DNA of 64,000 nt from Candidatus Dojkabacteria bacterium (GTDB lineage Bacteria; Patescibacteriota; Dojkabacteria; SC72), in NCBI GenBank assembly GCA_040767225.1, contig JAXGOY010000004.1, positions 6,180 through 70,179 of the forward strand, read 5' to 3'. Each line of letters starts with the position of its first letter. The stretch's first letter is position 1. The position numbers and the translations under genes were made by a program. Below, in pieces: positions 50,385 to 60,742 of this stretch. Under the pieces are notes generated by a model, which searched no databases, was not told the DNA's origin, and was given only the letters and a program-made list of their open reading frames with translations.

Positions 50385-51047
50385 ATGTCATATATACAAG
50401 TACAAAATCTAAAAAGAAGATATGCTATTAGTAAAAGTGTCTTTGTAGATGCTTTAAGAGGTGTTACCTTTGATGTAGAAAAAGGCGAATTTATCTCTGT
50501 TATAGGTAGCTCAGGTTCAGGGAAATCTACTTTGTTAAATATCTTAGGTGGATTAGATAGAAAGTATACTGGTAGTGTATATGTAGATGAAAAAGATATC
50601 AAAGAATATGATCCTAATTATTATAGAAGATATATTGTTGGAACAATATTCCAGCAGTTTTACCTTATTCCATCTCTTAATGTAGAGGAGAATATCCTTC
50701 TTCCATTAAAATTTGGAAAGAAAGATGGAATTGATTTTGAAGAAAGATTAAACTATCTTTTAGATATTGTTGGACTTAAACATAGGGTAAAGCATTTTCC
50801 CAGAGAGCTTTCTGGAGGTGAGGCACAAAGAGTTGCAATAGCTAGAGCATTAATAGATTCTCCTAAAATAGTACTTGCAGATGAGCCAACAGGTAATTTA
50901 GACAGTAAAACGGGTAATGATATTTTGGAACTTCTAAAGGAGCTAAATAAAAAGGAGGAACTTACTATTTTACTTGTTACTCATGATCATGCAATTGCTC
51001 AAAAAACAGATAGAATTATTACTTTAGTAGATGGTAAAAATGTTTAA
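50385..51047 (+). CDS. ABC transporter ATP-binding protein (LolD/MacB type)
   Basis: Walker A GSSGSGKSTLLN, signature LSGGEAQRVAIARAL, Walker [13 protein letters not shown]. Confidence 0.85.
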   Translation: MSYIQVQNLKRRYAISKSVFVDALRGVTFDVEKGEFISVIGSSGSGKSTLLNILGGLDRKYTGSVYVDEKDIKEYDPNYYRRYIVGTIFQQFYLIPSLNVEENILLPLKFGKKDGIDFEERLNYLLDIVGLKHRVKHFPRELSGGEAQRVAIARALIDSPKIVLADEPTGNLDSKTGNDILELLKELNKKEELTILLVTHDHAIAQKTDRIITLVDGKNV

Positions 51048-52320
51048 ATATGCAGTAAGCCTTATATCAAGGAGAAAACTTAGAACATTTTTGACAAGTC
51101 TTGGGATTATGATAGCAGTTATGCTTATGACCTTTATACTTTTTGGTATGACAGATTTGCAGGATGCTGTTCTTACTCAGTTTAATTCTGTCTTTAAACC
51201 TACAGACCTTTATGTATCAAACAGCAGCTTTGCGATGGGTGGTGTATCTTCTGCTCCTAGAAAGGAAGATGTTCAAAATGAGGAAAAGGTAGTTATAGAT
51301 AATAATGTTGTAGAGAGTATTAAAAGTATAGAAGGGGTAGAGGAGATACATAGAATTTTTGTTGTAACAGGCTTTGATGTATATCTTCAAGGGGATGATA
51401 TCCCTTATCCTAGATCTCTTATTCAAGCAGTTGATTTGTCTGCGGATAATGAATTGTTTGTAAATTTTACTGGTGATGATCCTGTACTGAAAGAAAATGG
51501 TATTTTTGTAAGTAATTATGTTACTTCGTTTTTTGAGCTTTCTGCAGATGAGATTATTGGGAAAAATATAGTCTTAAGGTCGTCACAAATAAATAACTTT
51601 GGCTCGATACCTAATACCAACACTACGGCACAAGAGTATACATTTGTAGTCCAGGGGGTTGTAGAAACTGATAACAGTGCATTTTGGATTAATAGCGATA
51701 GAGCATTGGAAATACTTGCACAAAGGGGTGGTTTTAAGAATAAAGAAGAATATATTCAAACTGTTGGATACTCTCAGTTGCTTGTTTCTACACAAGATGG
51801 AAAAACTTCACAGGTAGAAGATGCATTAGTTAATGATTTAGGGCTTACAGTCATATCTACTAAAACTATTGTTGATTTTGTTTCTACATTAACAGCAGGT
51901 TTAACTATTGCTCTTATAATCTTCGGCTCTATATCTGCAATAGTTGCTTCTATTGGAATTATTAATACTATGATTATGAGTATTTATGAACAAACAAAAG
52001 AGATAGGTATTATTAAGGCAATAGGTGCATCTGATTTTCAGGTGCTAATTATATTTTTAATACAAGCAGGATTGATAGGATTAATAGGTGGTCTTTTGGG
52101 TTTGTCTATTACATATTTGTTAATGAAAGTGGCAGATCCATATGTTGTAAAACTTCTTTCTGATCAAGGTTTTACTGCTGTAACAACATTTTTCCATTTC
52201 CAGCCGTTAAATGCTTTATATATTACATTGAGTAGTATCCTTGTTGGTATTATTGCAGGTATATATCCTGCTATGAAGGCTGCAAAGCTTGATCCTGTAA
52301 ATGCACTGAGGTATGAATAA
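51031..52320 (+). CDS. ABC transporter permease, FtsX family
   Basis: N-terminal TM, large periplasmic domain, C-terminal 3-TM FtsX domain; overlaps the ATPase stop. Confidence 0.8.
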   Translation: MVKMFKYAVSLISRRKLRTFLTSLGIMIAVMLMTFILFGMTDLQDAVLTQFNSVFKPTDLYVSNSSFAMGGVSSAPRKEDVQNEEKVVIDNNVVESIKSIEGVEEIHRIFVVTGFDVYLQGDDIPYPRSLIQAVDLSADNELFVNFTGDDPVLKENGIFVSNYVTSFFELSADEIIGKNIVLRSSQINNFGSIPNTNTTAQEYTFVVQGVVETDNSAFWINSDRALEILAQRGGFKNKEEYIQTVGYSQLLVSTQDGKTSQVEDALVNDLGLTVISTKTIVDFVSTLTAGLTIALIIFGSISAIVASIGIINTMIMSIYEQTKEIGIIKAIGASDFQVLIIFLIQAGLIGLIGGLLGLSITYLLMKVADPYVVKLLSDQGFTAVTTFFHFQPLNALYITLSSILVGIIAGIYPAMKAAKLDPVNALRYE

Positions 52321-52342
52321 ACATGGAGATTGTTTCTCTTTC

Positions 52343-52392
52343 TTAGAATTTCTGACAAGACCGCTAGGCTATAGCATAGAGATAGAGAAGAA
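52343..52392 (+). repeat. Direct repeat copy 1 (TTTCTTAGAATTTCTGACAAGACCGCTAGGCT...)
   Basis: About 28/32 identical to 53318-53349. Both copies end in ...AGATAGAGAAG / ...AGATATAGAAG. Confidence 0.35.
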
Positions 52393-53185
52393 GGGTGGTG
52401 AAATGTTAGCAACGAATATAACAGTAAAGAGATTAAAGGAAAGATTGGAAGAGTTATAAGTTTTCTAGTAATTATATCAGTGGACACATATACCCTATAG
52501 TATAGACTTTTGTATTACTTTTTAGTATAATTAATATGTTCATTAAAAATTTGCACTTCTTATTTTGTTTCAACTCGAGAAATAAAAAAATAAAAGGAGT
52601 TAACAATGGAAGAAAAAAATCATCTGGTTTGACTGTCAGGTATTTAGTTTTGTTATTAGCTATAACACTAGTAATGATTATCACTTTCCCAGCAGAGAGG
52701 GACTTTCGGGAGAACTACAATAACTTGGAGTTTTCTTCCTCTATGAGGGGGTGAATTATGAAGTAAGCTTGGTTAACAAAGAGGATCCCGCTGAGTTTTG
52801 TCTCGCAGAGGGTCAAACCAATGATCTGTTGATTATTGGCACTGATTACTTCTCTATAGCTCAGAATGGTCTTGTTATTCATAGTGAAGTTAAAGACAAT
52901 ACTAGGTTGAGATACAAAAGTCTCTCTCTGGCTGTTGAGTGTTATCAGAGAAAAAGATAATCTCAAGATGCGTATCATCAATTTCTCAATGTAGACGTCT
53001 TTTTCAAGACAAGGAATAGTGGACTAGAAACACACTATACAGATGTGTATCAGCAAATATCCAAGTACATCTCAATCTCAGATTTAATAATTACATAGCA
53101 CTGACGATTGCTGTTATCTTTACATTTAAAGATATATTTGGAGAGTAAGAAAAAGTTCTAGTTTTAAATAAGAAGATGCAAATAA

Positions 53186-53278
53186 AAGCATGGGGTTTGT
53201 AAGAGAAGTATAGAGATGTTGATTAATATCAACTGGAGTTTCTACCTTAAATCTTTATATATTCTAAACCCCATGCTT
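53186..53278 (+). ncRNA. Long nested inverted repeat (candidate structured RNA)
   Basis: Outer arms AAGCATGGGGTTT / AAACCCCATGCTT (13 bp perfect) enclose an inner perfect palindrome GTTGATTAATATCAAC. No CDS on either strand. Confidence 0.3.
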
Positions 53279-53317
53279 AAATCCTTATTAAAAATTTACA
53301 CTATACTATTTATCTTT

Positions 53318-53367
53318 TCTTAAAATTTCTGACAAAACCTCTAAGCTGTGGAGCTATTAGAAAAATA
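53318..53367 (+). repeat. Direct repeat copy 2
   Basis: See 52343-52392. The two copies flank a roughly 0.9 kb low-coding segment. Confidence 0.35.
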
Positions 53368-53473
53368 TCCAGATATAGAAGTAATCAAAGAAAATAGATT
53401 AAAAACTTTGTTTTTAAAAACAGAGAGACAATATTATGATATTTCTCTTTTCCTTTCTTGTTTGTTGATTTTA

Positions 53474-53947
53474 TTAGAATTCGCTTACCCTCTTAAAGCA
53501 TTTCATATTTTTTAAAGATATCAATTGGAATAATATAGTCACAAGAATAATATACAAACTATATTCCTTAAGAAAATCTAATAGGAAATGTGGTAATACA
53601 GAAGAGAACACACCCATTAGGATACTTGCAGAACAGAAATAACCAGAAGTCCCACATACTTGGAGTGCCATTATCCCTAAACCGCTAGCTATTAGATTAA
53701 TAACGGAGTGAGTAGTCGTTCTAGCTACCTTTATTCTTTCCTTAATATTTCTAACCATGCAAGTCATGTTAAAAGAGAAGACTAATATAAAAACAATGAC
53801 TATTAGATTCCACCAAAACCCGACTAAATGTTTAGGAACTAAGAAGTAACTTAATATTAGAGATAGTAAAAATACAATCTTACAGTATTTACTCTTTAAA
53901 ATTTCTATCAATACAAAATCAAGTTTTACTTTCTCTGGGTGTTTCAT
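53474..53947 (-). CDS. Hypothetical membrane protein
   Basis: 157 aa, about 4 TM helices. Confidence 0.45.
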   Translation of the reverse strand: MKHPEKVKLDFVLIEILKSKYCKIVFLLSLILSYFLVPKHLVGFWWNLIVIVFILVFSFNMTCMVRNIKERIKVARTTTHSVINLIASGLGIMALQVCGTSGYFCSASILMGVFSSVLPHFLLDFLKEYSLYIILVTILFQLISLKNMKCFKRVSEF

Positions 53948-54104
53948 CGCATCTATATAAATAAATATCTTGCAATCATTATATCAAATAATTCCTGGTT
54001 AGAAAGTTGCTACTTGTGATGTCTATAAATAATATATTCTTACAAACCTCATGCTGTTTTTAGTATAATTTTTCAGAATATAAGTATAAAAAGTGTGAGA
54101 TGAT

Positions 54105-55124
54105 ATGAATAATGAACAAACAGATATAGCAGAGAAAATAAAGACATACATAGAAAAAGCAGAAAACATTCTTTTACATTGTCATCCTTTCCCAGATCCT
54201 GACAGTATTGGGTCAGTCTTAGCTATGAAGGAATATCTCGAGAGCAAGGGGAAAGCAGTTACTGCCATTATTGGGGATTCTAAGTACCCAGAGAATCTTA
54301 GCAATCTTCAAATTGAAAAGAAGATACTTCCTAAAAACTTTTTCGAGATAGATAGTAAGAAGTATGATCTCTTTTTAATCTTAGATAGTTCTTCTAAAAC
54401 ACAGATTTCTAGAATAGGAGAAGTGAATTTCCCAAAAGGAATGAATACAGTAGTTATTGATCATCATAGAACTAATGAAAAATTTGGTGATGTAAATCTA
54501 ATCATAGGTAATTATGCATCAACAACACAAATTATTTATGAGTTATTTAAACAATGGGAAGTGAATATATCAAAAGATATGGCATTGTATCTCTTTCTGG
54601 GTTTGTTTGCAGATACAGGAGGGTTTAAGTATTTAAATAGTACACCAGAAGTATTACAAATGGGAGCAGAGCTATCTCTTATCAATCCCAATTATCATAA
54701 GCTAGTTTTTGACTTAGAGAATAGTAGGAAACCAATAGAAATAGAAATGATGGCATTGGCATTGTCATCGATTCAGAAATATATTAATGGGAAGGTTGTT
54801 TTTACAGTAATCCCCTTTGAAGAAATTGTAAAGAGGGAATTAGATGAATCGTCTGCAATTGAAGGATTAGTTCCTGAGATATTACGCTCTGTATTGGGAT
54901 GGGAAATTGTAGCTAGCTTGGTAGAAGTAGAAAAGGGGAAAACTTTTGTAAGCTTAAGAACAAGAGATGAAGAAAAGTATGATATGAGTAAAATAGCTTC
55001 TATTGTAGGTAAAAATGGAGGAGGTCATCCAGGTGCTGCTGGGACCACTATTATGAAGAGTGCTCAAGCTGCAGTAAAAGAGTTACTACAAGCGATTAAG
55101 AAATTGTATGGTGATAAGTTATAA
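54105..55124 (+). CDS. DHH/DHHA1 phosphoesterase (NrnA-like oligoribonuclease / pAp phosphatase)
   Basis: Motif I HCHPFPDPDSIGS, motif III VVIDHH, DHHA1 GGGHPGAAG. Confidence 0.8.
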   Translation: MNNEQTDIAEKIKTYIEKAENILLHCHPFPDPDSIGSVLAMKEYLESKGKAVTAIIGDSKYPENLSNLQIEKKILPKNFFEIDSKKYDLFLILDSSSKTQISRIGEVNFPKGMNTVVIDHHRTNEKFGDVNLIIGNYASTTQIIYELFKQWEVNISKDMALYLFLGLFADTGGFKYLNSTPEVLQMGAELSLINPNYHKLVFDLENSRKPIEIEMMALALSSIQKYINGKVVFTVIPFEEIVKRELDESSAIEGLVPEILRSVLGWEIVASLVEVEKGKTFVSLRTRDEEKYDMSKIASIVGKNGGGHPGAAGTTIMKSAQAAVKELLQAIKKLYGDKL

Positions 55125-55296
55125 AGATTTATGATCTCATAAGTATTTGTAGTTAATAAGACATCTCCCTTCTTGAATATGGTATTGTTATCTCTTCTGT
55201 TAAATCTTCTCACTTTTATTATCTACTTAATTTAAAACCTCATACACTATGTATTATTTGTTAAGATTTAACAAGGAAAACGAATATTTCTTAATA

Positions 55297-55710
55297 CTAC
55301 AATACTTTGTTAAGGGTATCTATTATTTCTATTTTAGAGGGTATTAACTCCTTTATTTTCTTAAAATTCTTTTTATCTCTAGTTAGAATGTAATCACAAT
55401 TTTGATCTAGAGCAGAGTAGTACTGTAGAGTGTCTTCAAAATCAATTGAGAAGTTATTTAAGGACTGGTTAATAATTTCTTGGGAAAGGGGGACTAGATT
55501 GATTCTATTGATTAATGCCATAGATCTTCTATGCATAGATGTATTAGGCTTAATTTTAAGAATGTAATATGTAATATGTACCGAAAGAGTAGACATATAT
55601 ACTTGAGATTGTTTGAGAAAAGGAGTTATTTTATTAATAGAGATATGTTCTAAGTCTCTATCTAAAAGGATATCTATTAATATGTTTGTATCTAAATATA
55701 CCTTCTTCAT
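55297..55710 (-). CDS. PIN-domain toxin (VapC-like)
   Basis: VYLDTNILIDIL start; acidic residues at FEDT and ILTRD. 4 bp ATGA overlap with the upstream gene. Confidence 0.75.
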   Translation of the reverse strand: MKKVYLDTNILIDILLDRDLEHISINKITPFLKQSQVYMSTLSVHITYYILKIKPNTSMHRRSMALINRINLVPLSQEIINQSLNNFSIDFEDTLQYYSALDQNCDYILTRDKKNFKKIKELIPSKIEIIDTLNKVL

Positions 55711-56003
55711 CTTAGATGTTTCTTTTCCATAGCTTTTCTATACTCTTTATCATAGTCAAAAGTCTTTTTTTTCTTTTTGCTCATGTGAACACATCCGATT
55801 GCTTCAGTAAGTATCCTTTCTATCTCCTCTGTGCTTTTTGTTTTCTTATCAACTTTCACCTCATATTCAGAAGGTATGAAATATGCTAATGTTTTACCCC
55901 TATCTATTACCTCATATGCTTGTCCAGCATTAAGAGAATCTTTTAGTTGGGTAAGATTTTGTCTAAAATTTCTTAAGTTTATTTTCTTGTATTCAATGTT
56001 CAT
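55707..56003 (-). CDS. Putative antitoxin (Phd/YefM-like) of the PIN pair
   Basis: 98 aa; INLRNFRQNLTQLKDSLNAGQAYEVIDRGKTLAYFIP resembles the Phd/YefM N-terminus; coupled to the PIN gene. Confidence 0.5.
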   Translation of the reverse strand: MNIEYKKINLRNFRQNLTQLKDSLNAGQAYEVIDRGKTLAYFIPSEYEVKVDKKTKSTEEIERILTEAIGCVHMSKKKKKTFDYDKEYRKAMEKKHLR

Positions 56004-56165
56004 ATGTTAAACATTAGTTTAACATTCGTGGTGCTAATAGTCAAGAATATTTTTGTTAAATAATTATAGCTAAGTGAATATATAAAAATATTGAAACTTT
56101 ACTCCTGTTGTGTTACCTTTTAAATAGGATAGTTTATTATTGATTAAATTTAATATCTTTAATAA

Positions 56166-56648
56166 ATGGAAGAGATTATACAGCCAGCTAATGGGCAAGT
56201 AACAGATGAGACACCCAAAGAACCAATGAAGGGGAAAAAGGAATCAAAGAAGGTTATTTGGATTCTCCTCGTTATTATTTTTTTCCTACTTGCAGGAATG
56301 GTATATTTCTATATCAAAAGTAATGAGAATGTAACTCCACCAAATGTAGAAGAAAAAGAGACTATAGAAGAAGAACCAGAAGTTGAGGATAATAGCAATG
56401 TGACTTCTCCAGATGTAGAAGAAAAAGAAACTGTTGAAGAAGAACCAAAGGATAATAATGATAATGATGAAGAGAAAGACAAAACAGAAGATAATGAATT
56501 TGGATACAACTTCCCAGAGGGGTATACAGTCAGTAAGGAAAGTTGTAATACTGAAAATGCCCTAAGCAGCCTAAGTGTCACGGATTGTGTTGAAGTTTAT
56601 AAAATACAACCAGCTAACTATACTGCTCTTGAGAAAAATATCTTTTAA
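56166..56648 (+). CDS. Membrane-anchored acidic repeat protein
   Basis: One TM, then a tandem repeat NVTPPNVEEKETIEEEPE / NVTSPDVEEKETVEEEPK. Confidence 0.5.
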   Translation: MEEIIQPANGQVTDETPKEPMKGKKESKKVIWILLVIIFFLLAGMVYFYIKSNENVTPPNVEEKETIEEEPEVEDNSNVTSPDVEEKETVEEEPKDNNDNDEEKDKTEDNEFGYNFPEGYTVSKESCNTENALSSLSVTDCVEVYKIQPANYTALEKNIF

Positions 56649-56701
56649 GTGCATCTGTTATTGTTTTTAGCAGACCAAATAATGTTGTAATACCAGGACA
56701 G

Positions 56702-57073
56702 ATGACTCAGACAAGATACGATTCTCAATTAAAAAAATGGGTTTTTGAGGATGGAAATGGTGAGTTAAAGGTTTTGCCTGAAAGAATAGAGAATTCAAAT
56801 ATTATAGTTGAAACTTCTCAAGAAGGTAGCCAGAGAGGTTGGGATGATATAATTATTAGTAAGCCTAACACTTCTTCCTTACTTATACTCTCTATACCAA
56901 AATATCATAGGATAGTATGTGATTATGCTGGTCAACCCACAGCTGAGAAAACTGAGTGTGAAAGATTTTTGGCTTCTCTTGGTCTTAACCCAGAAGATGC
57001 AGGATGGTTACCAGGATCAATATATCAAACAGCATACTCTAGTTTAAGGAGTAATGCTTCAACAATTTGGTAG
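56702..57073 (+). CDS. Hypothetical protein
   Basis: 123 aa ORF. Confidence 0.4.
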   Translation: MTQTRYDSQLKKWVFEDGNGELKVLPERIENSNIIVETSQEGSQRGWDDIIISKPNTSSLLILSIPKYHRIVCDYAGQPTAEKTECERFLASLGLNPEDAGWLPGSIYQTAYSSLRSNASTIW

Positions 57074-57902
57074 CTTTGATTTAGTAGTAAAATATTTTCG
57101 AAGCAAAGAGTATAATCAATTTACTATGGCAATATATTCATATACTCTTAAAATACTTCAAGGTACATCTGAATATGTATTAAAAGAGTTAAAAGAGAAA
57201 TATCCCAATATACAAATTGTAAAAGTAGGTAAAGCTGAGATACTCTTTAATTCTGATGTAGAGGATATAAACAGCTTTAGAAATCTTTACTCTCCGACAT
57301 ATATAGAAGATAGTGATGGGAGAATATTAAATCTTTCTAAAAGAGAATGGAGAAAAGAATATGTTCCAGCAGGTATTAATCCTTCTTTAGCATATATACT
57401 TTGTATGGTAGCTGATTTAAGGGAAGAAGATATTGTATATGATCCTTTCTGTGGAGCTGGTGTAATACCAATTACAGCATTGAAACATTTTAATGTTAAG
57501 AGAGTGATATGTAGTGATATAAGTGGCAAGGCAGTTGAAAAAAGTGAGATAAATTTTAAAGCAGCATGTATTGATAAAAGTAGATACAGATTATTTAGAA
57601 GTGATATTAGGGATATTAGATTGAATAAAAGGAATGTTGATAAGATAGTAAGTAATCTTCCTTTTGGTATTAGAGTAGGTGAGCATAATGATAATAAAGA
57701 GATATATTTATCTTTAGAAAAAGTTGCTGAAAGAGTTTTGAGAAAGAAAGGTTTGTTAGTGCTTCTTACTCAGGAGAAGAAATTGTTAAGAGAGGTGTTT
57801 AGTAAAGAGAATTGGAATGTAAAAAGCGTATTAAGGGTTAACGAGGGAGGGTTATTACCAGAGGTATTTGTTATTGAGAGGAGGAATAGTAATTATTTGT
57901 AA
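57054..57902 (+). CDS. Class I SAM-dependent RNA (guanine-N2) methyltransferase, UPF0020/Trm14-like
   Basis: Motif I VYDPFCGAGVIPI; motif IV VSNLPFG. Confidence 0.7.
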   Translation: MLQQFGSFDLVVKYFRSKEYNQFTMAIYSYTLKILQGTSEYVLKELKEKYPNIQIVKVGKAEILFNSDVEDINSFRNLYSPTYIEDSDGRILNLSKREWRKEYVPAGINPSLAYILCMVADLREEDIVYDPFCGAGVIPITALKHFNVKRVICSDISGKAVEKSEINFKAACIDKSRYRLFRSDIRDIRLNKRNVDKIVSNLPFGIRVGEHNDNKEIYLSLEKVAERVLRKKGLLVLLTQEKKLLREVFSKENWNVKSVLRVNEGGLLPEVFVIERRNSNYL

Positions 57903-57973
57903 ATGGGTAAAGAAGAATTAGAGCTGATTATGAGGGCAGGGCAAAAGGGGTGTAAAAAAGATATATATAGAAA

Positions 57974-58040
57974 GAGGGTGTGAATTAGAAGATTTAAAGT
58001 GTTCTTTTTGGAACAAATCAATAATAGTAAGGGAAATAGG
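57974..58040 (+). repeat. About 65 bp direct repeat, copy 1 (GAGGGTGTGAATTAGAAGATTTAAAGTGTTCTTTTTGGAACAA...)
   Basis: About 90% identical to 62907-62971. The copies bracket a roughly 4.9 kb accessory segment. Confidence 0.6.
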
Positions 58041-58228
58041 ACTCTCATAAAGTATACTAAAAGTATACTAAATCATTTATTTAACAATGGATTTTACTTA
58101 CTTTAACATACTTTTGAGGTTTAATGATAATCTTTTGTGTATTAAAATAGTTATTAGAAATACTTGCACAATTAATAAGTATATGATATTCTGTTTCTAT
58201 AACATACGGAAAAGCGTATGCTACAGAA

Positions 58229-58843
58229 ATGAAGTATATAGATATACAAAACAATTTAAGAAGTTTAGGAGTATTTACACTAAATGATATTAGAATGCTA
58301 GATCCTGAATTTAGGGAACCAACACTAAACGATTGGTTAAATAATGGCTGGATAAAAAGAATTAGAAGATTCTGGTACGCAGACTCTAGTTTTAATCCAG
58401 AAGGCTATGACTATTTCTTTATTGCAAACAAAATATATTCTCCCTCATATATATCCCTTGAAAGTGCTTTGAGTCACTATGGCTTTATTCCTGAAACTAC
58501 TATACAAATAACTTCTGTTTCAACAAGAAAGACCAATCTTTTTGATACTCAGTTTGGAGTATTCTCTTACAAAAGTATTAAAAACAATCTCTTCTTCGGA
58601 TATGAAGTTATAGAAAACAAAGGAAGACCATTTTCATTAGCTACTTCTGAGAAGGCAATTTTAGATTATCTCTATCTTCATTCTGAAATCTCAAATATAG
58701 AGGATTTTGAGGGGTTAAGGTTTAACAAGGAAATAATAAAGAGTAGTATTAATAGAGAAAAAATTAATACCTACCTTAATCAATTTGATAATCTAGAATT
58801 AAATAATAGATATAACTTGTTACTAAAGTATCTCAATGCTTAG
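58229..58843 (+). CDS. abiEi: AbiEi-family antitoxin / transcriptional regulator (type IV TA)
   Basis: YISLESALSHYGFIPETT motif; 204 aa; overlaps the downstream AbiEii start. Confidence 0.75.
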   Translation: MKYIDIQNNLRSLGVFTLNDIRMLDPEFREPTLNDWLNNGWIKRIRRFWYADSSFNPEGYDYFFIANKIYSPSYISLESALSHYGFIPETTIQITSVSTRKTNLFDTQFGVFSYKSIKNNLFFGYEVIENKGRPFSLATSEKAILDYLYLHSEISNIEDFEGLRFNKEIIKSSINREKINTYLNQFDNLELNNRYNLLLKYLNA

Positions 58844-59615
58844 TATAGAAGAAATAAAGAAACAGTATCCAAGTGATATACATAAGTTTGAAAGAGGCTT
58901 ACTAAGAGAGTACTTACAGTTTCTAATATTAGAAATTATATTTAGCTCTGATGTTTCTACTAAGTTGTCTTTTCTAGGTGGTACATGTCTAAGAATCGTT
59001 TATGGTATTAAAAGATTTTCAGAAGATTTAGACTTCGATAATAAGAAACTTTCTTCAAAAGAATTTGTAGCCCTTGCTAACAAGATAGAGTTAGAGCTAC
59101 AACGACAGGGTTTTGATGTAGAAACAAGTGTAACTGCAAAGAAGGCTATTCATTGTCATGTAAAGTTCTCTAATATACTTTTTGAAAATAAGTTAAGTGA
59201 GATTAAAACAGAAAAGATAGATATACAGATAGATACATTTGATCAGGGATATGAATACAAACCAGAATTGTATCTTTTAAATAAGTTTAATGTGTTTAAG
59301 CAGATAAGGATAACTCCTAAAGAAATAATTCTTTCTCAAAAGTTGTGGACTATTACACAACGAAGTAAAGCAAAAGGAAGAGATTTCTATGATATTATTT
59401 TCCTATTACAGAATACTAGCCTGATATGGGGTTTCTAAATTTGAAATTTGGGACATCTAATTGGAATGAAGCCAGAGAAAAAGATTTTGAAGGGTATAAG
59501 GGATATTAATTTAGATTCTATGGTAAAAGATGTTCAGCCTTTCTTAATAGATATTAAGGAGGGTGAGAAGATTAAATATTTTAGAGATTATTTAAAACAG
59601 ATAGAGATTTATTAA
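58836..59615 (+). CDS. abiEii: AbiEii/AbiGii nucleotidyltransferase toxin, frameshifted twice
   Basis: LSFLGGTCLRIVYGIKRFSEDLDFD hallmark. The C-terminal third continues in other frames (NLKFGTSNWNEAREKDFEGYKG; DINLDSMVKDVQPFLIDIKEGEKIKYFRDYL) and ends at 59615. Confidence 0.7.
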
Positions 59616-59838
59616 TTGTAAAGTTAATTGTCAAGTTATTTGACAATATGAAATTACTACCCACAAAAGACATAGTAGGGTAAACGTATCAAGGAACAAA
59701 GTGATCTTTGAGTATAGTTTACAGGTCTATAAGGAACCAGAGGGTAATTGCGGGACATACATGTCTGGAAAATAAAATGAGACAAAAGAGACAGTATAAA
59801 AAGGAAGATAAAATGTCTCATTCTTGATATAATAATGT

Positions 59839-60582
59839 ATGGAAACAATAATACCTGAAATATCTCAGAGTGCGATATATGAATATAATCATTATATTCA
59901 ATCTCAGAAAGAAGAGGGCTATGGAAAGCAGTATAGCTTTGAAAAGCTAGGGATAGAAGATTGGTCAATAGTTGAGTTAGATGCTAATGATATCCTAAAA
60001 CTACAAACATTTGTAGAGTCTTCTCAAACTGTAGCTCCTGCATATATATTTTGGAAAGAGTGTGGGAGGCATGTGACTTTGGAAGGTGTTGCAAGAGAAG
60101 TTCTTGAAAGGGAAGAGAATATTCCTCAGGAGGCGAGAATATGGGTAAAGAATATATTGAAATCTGATTTTGACAAACAGAAGGTTGAAGAAAAGATAAA
60201 GAATGGTGAAATAGATCCTCCATTAATATTTTTTCCTGTATTTAAAGGGGAGGAATTAGAAAAAGGGTTGCTAAAAGTTGGAAACATCCTAGACGGTAAT
60301 AATAGATTGCGAGAAGTTGCTAGGTATTTATTGGAATGTAGTGAAGAAGAAAGAGAGGTTTTTAGATTGACATGCTTTTTAGGAAAGGTGGATGTTATGA
60401 AATATGCAACAATTAACGCACAATATTTTGCAAAACCTACTGTTAAAAAAGTGCAAGTATTTTTGCAGAGATTTATGGGAAAGGATGTAGAAAAAATTGA
60501 TAAAAGACATTTTATGACATTTTTTGAGAGATGGTATTTATTATTACAAAGGATTGGGTATTATAAAGATAAAAGTGAGTAA
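59839..60582 (+). CDS. Hypothetical protein with ParB/Srx-like DGNNR motif
   Basis: 247 aa; VGNILDGNNRLREVARYL resembles the DGHHR/DGQQR motif of ParB-N / DUF262 folds. Weak. Confidence 0.35.
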   Translation: METIIPEISQSAIYEYNHYIQSQKEEGYGKQYSFEKLGIEDWSIVELDANDILKLQTFVESSQTVAPAYIFWKECGRHVTLEGVAREVLEREENIPQEARIWVKNILKSDFDKQKVEEKIKNGEIDPPLIFFPVFKGEELEKGLLKVGNILDGNNRLREVARYLLECSEEEREVFRLTCFLGKVDVMKYATINAQYFAKPTVKKVQVFLQRFMGKDVEKIDKRHFMTFFERWYLLLQRIGYYKDKSE

Positions 60583-60742
60583 TTGTTTTTATGTGGTAGT
60601 CTTATTAGTAGCTCTTTTTTATTCCTCTACTGGACCCTGTTTTTAAGTAATTCCTTCTTAAGAGCAAAATAACTCAGTTTCCATAAGTATAAAAAACAAG
60701 GGAAATACATTTATTAAAAGATTCTGTAATCTTTCATAAAAA

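Noticed and set aside
52400-53300. Possible tmRNA, RNase P RNA or SRP RNA in the non-coding segment
   Set aside because: Scanned by eye for tRNA-like 3' ends (GGTTCGAATCC...CCA), the RNase P GAAAGTCC motif and an ANDENYALAA-type tag frame. None found. Left as an unclassified structured region.
56330-56440. Tandem repeats that might be mistaken for CRISPR or VNTR arrays (also 62590-62635, 10930-10990)
   Set aside because: They are in-frame coding repeats for acidic peptide segments (NVTPPNVEEKET..., EKEEKEE, EPENEPENE) inside ORFs. No repeat-spacer array with a conserved repeat was seen anywhere in the window.
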